This document shows positions 17,438 to 23,527 of a stretch of DNA of 32,000 bases, piece by piece. A program made the translations under genes and the position numbers. Position 1 is the stretch's first letter, and the number at the start of each line of letters is the position of its first letter. The stretch is taken from assembly GCA_964640155.1 (NCBI GenBank), contig CAZXEQ010000003.1, positions 134,189 to 166,188 on the forward strand, read 5' to 3'. The DNA comes from an uncultured bacterium. GTDB lineage: Bacteria > Auribacterota > JACPWU01. The notes under the pieces are model-generated. The model did not search any database, was not told the origin of the DNA, and saw only the letters and a list, made by a program, of their open reading frames with translations.

Positions 17438-18109
17438 TTAAAAAGCAAATTTTAATTTGCTCCCTAGAATATAGTTATCGATCCATTCATCGTTAGAATC
17501 AGTGGCTTGCCATAAAAAATAGACTTCTCCTTTAACATGTTCTAGAAGTTTTGCTTCAAGACCCACGGAAAGGCGATTTCTGTTAAAACCTCCTCCCTGG
17601 CTTTCAACAAAAATTTCTTCAGAAACCCAAGGACGAATTTTCCATTGAGTCCAGGAGAAGGGGAGTTTGAGTTTAATCTGGTTTCTATAACGAATCGTAT
17701 TCTCAGCACCAGATTTGTCTCTGTATTCCACACGATTTCGATCTGACATATCCCAACCTTGAAAGACCCATTTACCTGTTATATCTACTTGAGGTCGTTG
17801 TTCAGGTTGAAATTCACCTCTCTTTTCCTCAAAAAGTTGACGATAGCCAGGTGCAACTTCCAACCAATCGAGTACCTTATAACCAAATAAGATTTGAGTT
17901 TGGGTTCTATAAAAGTCGCTGATATCATCACCAAAGCGAAACTCTTGCTCTAACTCAGTTCTGAGTTTAGGAGTGAGCTGGCCTTCAATGGTTGCTGCAC
18001 TCCAATACTGCCAATCTCCATTGCCATTTAAAGCAGCCGAGCTGGACTTTGCAGAACTTACGATTAATGACAAAATAATCAATAATCCTAACCAATATTT
18101 ACCTCTCAT
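17438..18109 (-). CDS. Outer-membrane beta-barrel protein (DUF2490-like), first gene of the sulfate operon
   Basis: 223 aa with signal peptide ending SSA-AL. Alternating aromatic/polar beta-strand pattern and a C-terminal KLKFAF with terminal Phe, typical of OMPs. The DUF2490 assignment is from memory only. Confidence 0.6.
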   Translation of the reverse strand: MRGKYWLGLLIILSLIVSSAKSSSAALNGNGDWQYWSAATIEGQLTPKLRTELEQEFRFGDDISDFYRTQTQILFGYKVLDWLEVAPGYRQLFEEKRGEFQPEQRPQVDITGKWVFQGWDMSDRNRVEYRDKSGAENTIRYRNQIKLKLPFSWTQWKIRPWVSEEIFVESQGGGFNRNRLSVGLEAKLLEHVKGEVYFLWQATDSNDEWIDNYILGSKLKFAF

Positions 18110-18170
18110 TTTTTAATCCCTTTTAGAGTTTTAATTTTATGAATGTTGAAAGTGATGATTTAAAAGACAG

Positions 18171-18214
18171 CCCCTTCGAGAGAAAATTCATGAGTTGATT
18201 CTCGAAATATGGGG
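18171..18214 (-). terminator. Terminator-like hairpin in the sulfate-operon leader (candidate attenuator)
   Basis: On the minus strand, CCCC-atat-TTCGAGA (18214-18200) pairs with TCTCGAA-GGGG (18181-18171), giving 11 bp with a 4-nt bulge. CTGTCTTTTA follows. It lies about 60 nt upstream of the OMP start codon. Confidence 0.3.
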
Positions 18215-18279
18215 TGGGACTAACTATGAAAAGAAACCCTGGGATAAAACGTAAAAGGGCATCTTGTGATAGGAAGTCC

Positions 18280-18396
18280 CTATCTACAGATGCAGGTACA
18301 ACAGAAGGAAATAGAGCGAAAAGAACCTTTGTGTGAGATTAAAGGCTTCACATTTAAAGAAGAAAAATTTGATGAATTAAATGAATGTAAAATCAT
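18280..18396 (-). CDS. Candidate 38-codon Cys-rich leader peptide of the sulfate-uptake operon
   Basis: The minus-strand ORF reads MILHSFNSSNFSSLNVKPLISHKGSFRSISFCCTCICR. Four Cys fall in the last seven codons and there are ten Ser overall. There is no Shine-Dalgarno, but the ATG sits a few nt downstream of a possible promoter, so it may be leaderless. Confidence 0.3.
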   Translation of the reverse strand: MILHSFNSSNFSSLNVKPLISHKGSFRSISFCCTCICR

Positions 18397-18406
18397 ATTG
18401 GGTGAG

Positions 18407-18436
18407 ACTATCTCATTTTTGTCCTAAAAATGTCAA
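18407..18436 (-). promoter_or_regulatory. Possible sigma-70 promoter of the sulfate operon leader
   Basis: Minus strand TTGACA (18436-18431), an 18-nt spacer, then GATAGT (18412-18407). The predicted TSS falls 2-5 nt before ATG 18396. Confidence 0.3.
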
Positions 18437-18469
18437 TATTTTTTGTGATTGAGTATAGGATCTTCATGG

Positions 18470-18555
18470 AGCGGGTGACGCTTGGCGGGGGGCCCCAGCG
18501 AGCGCAACTTTTGTGAGCACGATGGGGCTGACGAGCGGCAGGACCCGCTACTTTT
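18470..18555 (+). repeat. GC-rich ~80-nt structured element, copy 1
   Basis: AGCGGGTGACGCTTGGCGGGGGGCCCCAGCGAGCGCAACTTTTGTGAGCACGATGGGGCTGACGAGCGGCAGGACCCGCT followed by ACTTTT. The ends pair (AGCGGGT/ACCCGCT). It is far more GC-rich than its surroundings and matches the reverse complement of 28458-28542. Confidence 0.8.
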
Positions 18556-18558
18556 ATT

Positions 18559-19512
18559 TCACCAACTTATTTTTACGCCTAGGTTGATGATAAAATCACG
18601 TTCTTGATGTACACCTCCCATATCCTGATAAGCAGGGAAAAGGACATTACCTAGAAGAGATACATGGTCAGTTACATCGAGCATCAGTGCTGGACCTATG
18701 AAAAGGGTGGTGCTACCACTATCTTCAATTTCTTCTCCTGCTTCTTCCTGCTTATTTTCAACCTGTAAATTAAGGTCAATGCCAGGTCTTATTTTGAATG
18801 GGTGGCAACCTGGGTTGATTAAATAGTTCATAAAAATATAGCTTGTGAACAAATCTCCAAATTCAAAATCATGATCTCCTTCGGTTCGGAATGTATACAA
18901 ACTATTTCCACGAATTGAAAATCTTTCAATGTCATAGCGAAAAGCAGCTCCTACAATATAGTCGAAAGAACCACTTCCAGGTTGCATCTCCAGTTCAAAT
19001 TCGTCACCGTCGCTAGCTTTTTCGCTTGTCTGTCCTGTTGGGAACTTTATTCCTATCACAGGGCCTAGAAAACTGTTTTCCTGACTTAAGAAACGGTAAA
19101 TTCCTGTGAGCTGTAAATCTCCAATTCCCTCAGATTTTTCTTTTTCTCCCAGTGCTTCATCAGAATGGATGTTGATTTGCTCGCGGACAACAAATGGAAT
19201 TTCCAGGAATGCTGTGAATCTTTCCGTTGGATGACTTCCGATACCCAAATGATAAAATTCTTCATAAGTTTTATCATGGATGTGATGCCCATCATGATGT
19301 AGTTCATGTGCTTGGGCAGCAGGTATCTCATCCCAGTTTTGATGTTCAAATGAAAAATTAATAAGCCATGGATTTGATTCTATTGGACTTTTTGTTTCTG
19401 TCCCAATTCTTGAAAGGGCACATCCACAAGAATTACAAGCTTGAACAGAATTTAACTGAATGATAAACAGATAAACCAATACAAAAGCGAATAGAAAAAA
19501 TTTTCTACGCAT
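18559..19512 (-). CDS. Outer-membrane beta-barrel protein with CxxCxC and His-rich N-terminal segment (MetA/phenol-pathway-like OMP family)
   Basis: 317 aa with a signal peptide ending VQA, followed by CNSCGC and then HELHHDGHHIHDK. Beta-strand-rich body with a terminal aromatic (GVKISW). RBS aaggagag. The family name is from memory only. Confidence 0.65.
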   Translation of the reverse strand: MRRKFFLFAFVLVYLFIIQLNSVQACNSCGCALSRIGTETKSPIESNPWLINFSFEHQNWDEIPAAQAHELHHDGHHIHDKTYEEFYHLGIGSHPTERFTAFLEIPFVVREQINIHSDEALGEKEKSEGIGDLQLTGIYRFLSQENSFLGPVIGIKFPTGQTSEKASDGDEFELEMQPGSGSFDYIVGAAFRYDIERFSIRGNSLYTFRTEGDHDFEFGDLFTSYIFMNYLINPGCHPFKIRPGIDLNLQVENKQEEAGEEIEDSGSTTLFIGPALMLDVTDHVSLLGNVLFPAYQDMGGVHQERDFIINLGVKISW

Positions 19513-19565
19513 AAAACTCTCCTTAAATTTTTGATGAGATAGCTTAATTAGAACGAGAAGAGAGT

Positions 19566-19925
19566 TTATCTCTGAGGGGGGTGATCAATTGATGGAAAGA
19601 AGGGTTGAGCCTTTAATTTAAAACAGAGTTCATTCATTTTTGAAGTTGTGTTGATCAGTAAATCATTTTTACTATCTGCCAAAATAATGTCTGTTCCACC
19701 AAAAGAAGATGTTTTCGATAAAGGCTCGGTATTTGAAGCGCTGAAGTTTGATCTTTGGGTTGTTTGTTTGCCTGTATTATTTACTTCTGTAATGCAGGTG
19801 CACATGTGAAAAGCTCTTTGTCCATCGCAAGCAAGTTTCTCCTGCGAAGGTTTAATAAAGGCTCCCAAAGGTAGAAACCAGGTGAAAACACAAAGAGTTG
19901 TAAATAAAGAAAACAGTCGAAACAT
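19566..19925 (-). CDS. Small exported or membrane-anchored Cys-containing protein, unknown function
   Basis: 119 aa with a hydrophobic N-terminus MFRLFSLFTTLCVFTWFLPLGAF, then CDGQRAFHMCTC. It lies 53 nt upstream of the OMP gene on the same strand. No obvious RBS and a low-complexity Ser/Thr-rich middle. Confidence 0.45.
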   Translation of the reverse strand: MFRLFSLFTTLCVFTWFLPLGAFIKPSQEKLACDGQRAFHMCTCITEVNNTGKQTTQRSNFSASNTEPLSKTSSFGGTDIILADSKNDLLINTTSKMNELCFKLKAQPFFPSIDHPPQR

Positions 19926-20020
19926 GGCGGAGAATCTATCAATTAGAGTAGATATATGTCAATGCTGCTTGTAGAATTGTTTAATCTTTATGAGATTCAA
20001 TAAAGGAATGAATATTAGAA

Positions 20021-20512
20021 ATGGGAAAAGTGATACAACCTTCAAAAAGTTTTTATATGCTTGAGGCAATTACTTCTGCTCGTGAAGGGATGAGAAAAGG
20101 GGAAGGAGGACCCTTTGGAGCCTGCATTGTCTGTAAGACTAAGGTTCTCGCGGTGACTCATAATACTGTTTTGAAGAACAAGGATGCAACATGCCATGCA
20201 GAGATAAATGCAATTCGAATGGCTTCTCAAAAATTAGGTTCATACGACTTGTCTGAATGTGAAATTTATTCAACAACAGAGCCATGCCCCATGTGTTTTT
20301 CAGCTATTCATTGGGCAAGAATTCGAACCATTTATTTTGGAACAAGAATTAAGGATGTTCAAAAAAGAGGTTTTAATGAACTAGCTGTCTCGACTTCAGT
20401 GTTAAAACGATGGGGTAAAAGTAAAGTTACGCTTAAACCTGATTTTATGAAAAGAGAATGTCAAAAGTTGTTAAAGTGTTGGGACCAGCTTAAACTTAAA
20501 AAGATTTATTAA
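20021..20512 (+). CDS. guaD: Guanine deaminase, CDA-fold (GuaD-like) zinc deaminase
   Basis: 163 aa. Shows GGPFGACIV, the zinc motifs HAEINAIR and PCPMCFSAIHWARI, and a C-terminal ..KKIY tail resembling Bacillus GuaD ..KKEY as I recall it. Confidence 0.75.
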   Translation: MGKVIQPSKSFYMLEAITSAREGMRKGEGGPFGACIVCKTKVLAVTHNTVLKNKDATCHAEINAIRMASQKLGSYDLSECEIYSTTEPCPMCFSAIHWARIRTIYFGTRIKDVQKRGFNELAVSTSVLKRWGKSKVTLKPDFMKRECQKLLKCWDQLKLKKIY

Positions 20513-20614
20513 AGCTGAGCTTAGAGTGTTTGAGGCCATAAAAGTTTCTCCCTCCTCATGTGGAATTTATTCAACTTCAAAATATATAAAAAGTTCTTGA
20601 CTGTTTTTTGAATA

Positions 20615-20637
20615 TAATTTAGATTTTATCTAAATTA
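20615..20637. promoter_or_regulatory. Operator 1: perfect 10-3-10 palindrome upstream of the fur-family gene
   Basis: TAATTTAGAT-TTT-ATCTAAATTA ends 22 nt before ATG 20659. A TATAAT hexamer (20613-20618) overlaps the left arm. An extra ATCTCAAT half-site lies at 20644-20651. Confidence 0.7.
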
Positions 20638-20658
20638 GACTAAATCTCAATAGGATTT

Positions 20659-21105
20659 ATGAAACATCAAATACCCACATTTAATGGTTTTTGTTCCTTT
20701 CTTCAAGAAAGGAATCTCAAGCTCACTTTCGAAAGAAAGTCTATTTTTGAGAAGGTGGTGCGATTTAAAGGCCATTTCAATGCTGACTCACTCTATGAGT
20801 CTTTAAGAAATGAAAAGGCTCGAATTGCACGGGGAACTGTTTATAGGACGATTCCATTACTTCTCGAAAGTGGAATTATTCAAAAATCAGTAGGTGAGGG
20901 AAAAAGAGAGTTTTTTGAGAGTCAAACCGGGAAAGAGCATCATGATCATCTGATATGCCTGAGTTGTCATAAGGTGATTGAGTTTCATTCAGATGATATT
21001 GAAAAACTTCAGGAAAATATTTGTGATCATTATGGGTTTGAGATGTCTTTTCATGATCATCGCATGTATGGGCATTGCAAGAATTGTAAGAAAAAAAGTG
21101 GATAA
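20659..21105 (+). CDS. fur: Fur-family metalloregulator
   Basis: 148 aa with a winged-helix N-domain (GTVYRTIPLLLESGII) and the metal sites HHDHLICLSCHKVIEF and HDHRMYGHCKNC. Metal specificity (Fe, Zn, Mn or peroxide) cannot be read from the sequence. Confidence 0.85.
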   Translation: MKHQIPTFNGFCSFLQERNLKLTFERKSIFEKVVRFKGHFNADSLYESLRNEKARIARGTVYRTIPLLLESGIIQKSVGEGKREFFESQTGKEHHDHLICLSCHKVIEFHSDDIEKLQENICDHYGFEMSFHDHRMYGHCKNCKKKSG

Positions 21106-21117
21106 TTTTTTGATCTT

Positions 21118-21140
21118 CAATTGAGATATAATCTCAATTG
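21118..21140. promoter_or_regulatory. Operator 2: perfect 10-3-10 palindrome upstream of hemP
   Basis: CAATTGAGAT-ATA-ATCTCAATTG ends 18 nt before ATG 21158. Its centre contains TATAAT (21127-21132). It shares 8 of 10 half-site positions with operator 1 (AATTKAGAT-N3-ATCTMAATT). Confidence 0.7.
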
Positions 21141-21157
21141 TTAAGAGAGTGAAAATA

Positions 21158-21328
21158 ATGGATAAAGCATTGCCAGAACCTATTTCAAATTTAATAAAAG
21201 ATAAAACGACTAAAATTCTTGATTCAAAAGATATTTTTGGAATAGGAAAACTTGTGCTCATTAAACATCATCATGAGCTGTATCGACTTACAATCACAAA
21301 ACAGGGGAAACTTATTTTAACAAAATGA
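21158..21328 (+). CDS. hemP: HemP-family small protein (hemin uptake protein HemP), absent from the ORF track
   Basis: The 56 aa read MDKALPEPISNLIKDKTTKILDSKDIFGIGKLVLIKHHHELYRLTITKQGKLILTK. The C-terminal ..G...L.I.H....Y.L..T..GKLILTK is the HemP signature. The stop overlaps the next ATG (ATGA). Confidence 0.8.
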   Translation: MDKALPEPISNLIKDKTTKILDSKDIFGIGKLVLIKHHHELYRLTITKQGKLILTK

Positions 21329-21882
21329 TGAACAAACGTGACTGGATTAAAATTGCTTTGTCGCCTGCGATTGTTATTGTTTCGCCGGCCTATGCAAATG
21401 ATTATCTTTCTATCTCGCAAGCACAAAATCTCTTGTTTCCGATGGCTCAAAATTTCATAGAGTCGTCGGTTGTTTTAACAGATGCTCAGAAAAAAGAGAT
21501 TAAATCTTTATCCGGAGTCAAGCAGCGTTGGAATGAGCAACGTGTGTGGCGAGTCCAGAAAGATAAAAGTTTGCTAGGCTGGTTTATTGTAGATGATGTT
21601 ATTGGTAAACATGAATTTATCACTTATGGCGTGGGTTTAACTCCAGACGGAAAAGTGGTGGGTGTTGAAATTTTGAGTTATCGTGAAACGCATGGAGGAC
21701 AGGTTCGTGAATCCAATTGGAGAAAAAATTTTCAAGGCAAATCCTTGAATGACCCCTTTAAATTAGATGTGGACGTTCCTAATATTACAGGTGCGACGCT
21801 CTCTTGTCGTAATGTGATGGATGGAGTAAAAAGACTTTTGGCTTTGCATAAAGTGGTTTTAGCTAGACAAGGAAACTCATGA
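21325..21882 (+). CDS. Exported FMN-binding-domain protein (NqrC/RnfG/NosR-type FMN_bind), predicted ApbE substrate
   Basis: 185 aa with signal peptide MMNKRDWIKIALSPAIVIVSPAYA-ND. FMN_bind core YGVGLTPDGKVVGVEILSYRETHG. Flavinylation motif DVPNITGATLSCRNV ([S/T]GAT). Confidence 0.8.
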   Translation: MMNKRDWIKIALSPAIVIVSPAYANDYLSISQAQNLLFPMAQNFIESSVVLTDAQKKEIKSLSGVKQRWNEQRVWRVQKDKSLLGWFIVDDVIGKHEFITYGVGLTPDGKVVGVEILSYRETHGGQVRESNWRKNFQGKSLNDPFKLDVDVPNITGATLSCRNVMDGVKRLLALHKVVLARQGNS

Positions 21883-22715
21883 TTCATTTACGAAGAATGA
21901 AGCCTTTTCTTGGAACCTTTGTAGAAATAAGGGTTCAAGCTGAGGATAAAATTCAAATCCAATCTGCAGTGAATAAAGCCTTTTCTGCTGTTGAACAGGT
22001 TCATTGCTTGATGAGCTTTCATGATTTAGAAAGTGATATTTCAAAGCTTAATCAGCTTGCTTCTGAGAAACCAGTTCAGGTTCATTCTTGGACTTATGAG
22101 GTGTTAAAGAAATCTATTGAACTCTCTCATCTAACAGAAGGTTGGTTTGATTGCACGGTTGCTCCTAAACTGGTCGAATGGGAATATTTGCCCCAGACAG
22201 TTAAAGGAGTAAAAAAGATGAGAGGTTCTTACAGGGATATTGAATTTTTAGAGCAAAATAAAGTTTTTTTTCGTAAACCTCTTATGGTAGATCTGGGAGG
22301 AATTGCAAAAGGCTTTGCAGTAGATAAAGCAGTTGATACACTTCAAGAAAATGGTGTGAAGGCTGGATCCGTGAATGCGGGAGGGGACTTAAGAATTTTT
22401 GGAGAAGATGAGCAGCCTCTTTATGTGAGAGATCCTCGCCGCCCTACAAAACTTATTTTTATGAGACATGCAAAAGAGATTTCTGTAGCAACCTCTGCAG
22501 ATTATTACTCAAGAAAGTCCTTTAAGGGTCGTAAAGTAAGTCCTATTGCCAATCCTATTAAGAAAAAACCTTGTTTGAGACGTTGGAGTGTTTCTGTTCT
22601 TGCTTCATCCTGTATGATTGCAGACGCTCTGACTAAAGTTGTGATGTTAAAAGGGGATGATGCAAATTCTCTCTTAAAAGAATATGATGCTGATGCGTTT
22701 ATTTTAAAGAATTGA
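21879..22715 (+). CDS. apbE: FAD:protein FMN transferase ApbE, without recognisable signal peptide
   Basis: 278 aa. Shows KPFLGTFVEIRV (the MGT...i.v start of the mature domain), DLGGIAKGFAVDKA, VNAGGDLRIFG, VATSADYYS and CMIADALTKV. Only 6-7 residues precede the catalytic domain. ATGA overlap with the upstream gene. Confidence 0.85.
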   Translation: MIHLRRMKPFLGTFVEIRVQAEDKIQIQSAVNKAFSAVEQVHCLMSFHDLESDISKLNQLASEKPVQVHSWTYEVLKKSIELSHLTEGWFDCTVAPKLVEWEYLPQTVKGVKKMRGSYRDIEFLEQNKVFFRKPLMVDLGGIAKGFAVDKAVDTLQENGVKAGSVNAGGDLRIFGEDEQPLYVRDPRRPTKLIFMRHAKEISVATSADYYSRKSFKGRKVSPIANPIKKKPCLRRWSVSVLASSCMIADALTKVVMLKGDDANSLLKEYDADAFILKN

Positions 22716-22719
22716 TTGT

Positions 22720-23184
22720 ATGAAAATTCCTAAAACACATCGTTTAGTTTTATATTTAGGCTTATCCGCTCTTTTTGCGTCAGGGCTTGTATGGTGGCTT
22801 TTGGGTTTTGCTATTACCCCTGAGACTGCAAGTGACAGTATCTTGTTTATTTTTCGTTCCTTAAATTTGAAAATCCATGGAGCTTCTGCAATGATCAGTT
22901 TGATCATTTTGGGAGCGCTGATTCCTAATCATATTGTGAAATCTTGGAAAACCAGAAGAAATAAGCCCAGCGGGGCAATATTAGTAAGCGTTTTAGTTCT
23001 ATTGGTTTTAACAGGTTATTTTTTATATTATGGAGATGAGATTAGAAATATTTCAAGTATGATTCATATAACATTGGGGCTTCTTTTACCTTTTTTTCTG
23101 ATAGGACATATTTTGAAAAGCCGTTTATATAAGCGAAGACATCACTCTGATCGATCACATGTAAGAATTAAAACAACCTCTTAA
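22720..23184 (+). CDS. Small 4-TM membrane protein with two His pairs (putative di-haem cytochrome b-like / DUF4405-like)
   Basis: 154 aa with four hydrophobic helices. His pairs lie 18 residues apart in helix 2 (KIHGASAM...IPNHIV) and 14 apart in helix 4 (MIHITLG...LIGHIL). Last gene of the hemP operon. Confidence 0.6.
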   Translation: MKIPKTHRLVLYLGLSALFASGLVWWLLGFAITPETASDSILFIFRSLNLKIHGASAMISLIILGALIPNHIVKSWKTRRNKPSGAILVSVLVLLVLTGYFLYYGDEIRNISSMIHITLGLLLPFFLIGHILKSRLYKRRHHSDRSHVRIKTTS

Positions 23185-23333
23185 TGGACATCAAGAGATT
23201 GGAGCTCTATCAGGAAAAATAAAAAAATATTTTTTGAGATTAAGAAATCTTTAAAAGAGATTTTTATCTTATTTGTTACCTTGTCTATTCCAAGATGTTA
23301 CGCTTTTTTCTTTGTTGAGAAAAAATTCTAAAT

Positions 23334-23381
23334 TCAATACATATAGTGTTTATTTTTTGTCTATACCACAATATATAGTGT
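23334..23381. promoter_or_regulatory. Tandem NrdR boxes
   Basis: Box 2, CCACAATATATAGTGT (23366-23381), matches the 16-bp NrdR consensus acaCwAtATaTwGtgt at 15 of 16 positions. Box 1, TCAATACATATAGTGT (23334-23349), matches at 13 of 16. Offset is 32 bp (three helical turns), the usual arrangement upstream of nrd operons. Confidence 0.8.
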
Positions 23382-23387
23382 TTTTTG

Positions 23388-23416
23388 TTGACATGAAACA
23401 AAGAGCGGAGTAAATT
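23388..23416 (+). promoter_or_regulatory. Probable sigma-70 promoter of nrdBA
   Basis: TTGACA (23388-23393), a 17-nt spacer, then TAAATT (23411-23416), immediately downstream of NrdR box 2. Confidence 0.5.
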
Positions 23417-23527
23417 AAAAATACAATTGAATAAGCACTTAATCTTAAAAGTGCAGTCTTCTTTCATGGGGGGTGAAGGAAGTGAAAAAACTGGAATTTA
23501 GAAATTATTTTGAGCTAATGAGGCGCG

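Noticed and set aside
18226-18336. A plus-strand 36-aa basic ORF (MKRNPGIKRKRASCDRKSLSTDAGTTEGNRAKRTFV) in the sulfate-operon leader region.
   Set aside because: It is antisense to the operon leader, with no convincing promoter or RBS and a low-complexity basic composition. It is most likely a by-product of the structured leader on the other strand.
18526-18549. A CTGACGAG motif in the GC-rich element that resembles the hammerhead ribozyme CUGANGA core.
   Set aside because: The stem that follows is not succeeded by the obligatory GAAA, and no cleavage-site UH / stem I-III arrangement can be drawn in either copy.
18470-18555. The GC-rich element considered as a tRNA, SRP (4.5S) RNA or 6S RNA.
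   Set aside because: No T-arm or anticodon-arm geometry adjoins the closing stem. The SRP domain IV GGAA/AGCA motifs are absent. The length is too short for 6S RNA.
23231-23269. AGAT..ATCT inverted repeats (TTGAGAT-N6-ATCTT and AGAT-TTTT-ATCT) downstream of the hemP operon, considered as further operator copies.
   Set aside because: The spacers are 6 and 4 nt rather than 3 nt, and the flanking AATT arms are missing. Short AT-rich palindromes of this kind are expected by chance in this composition.
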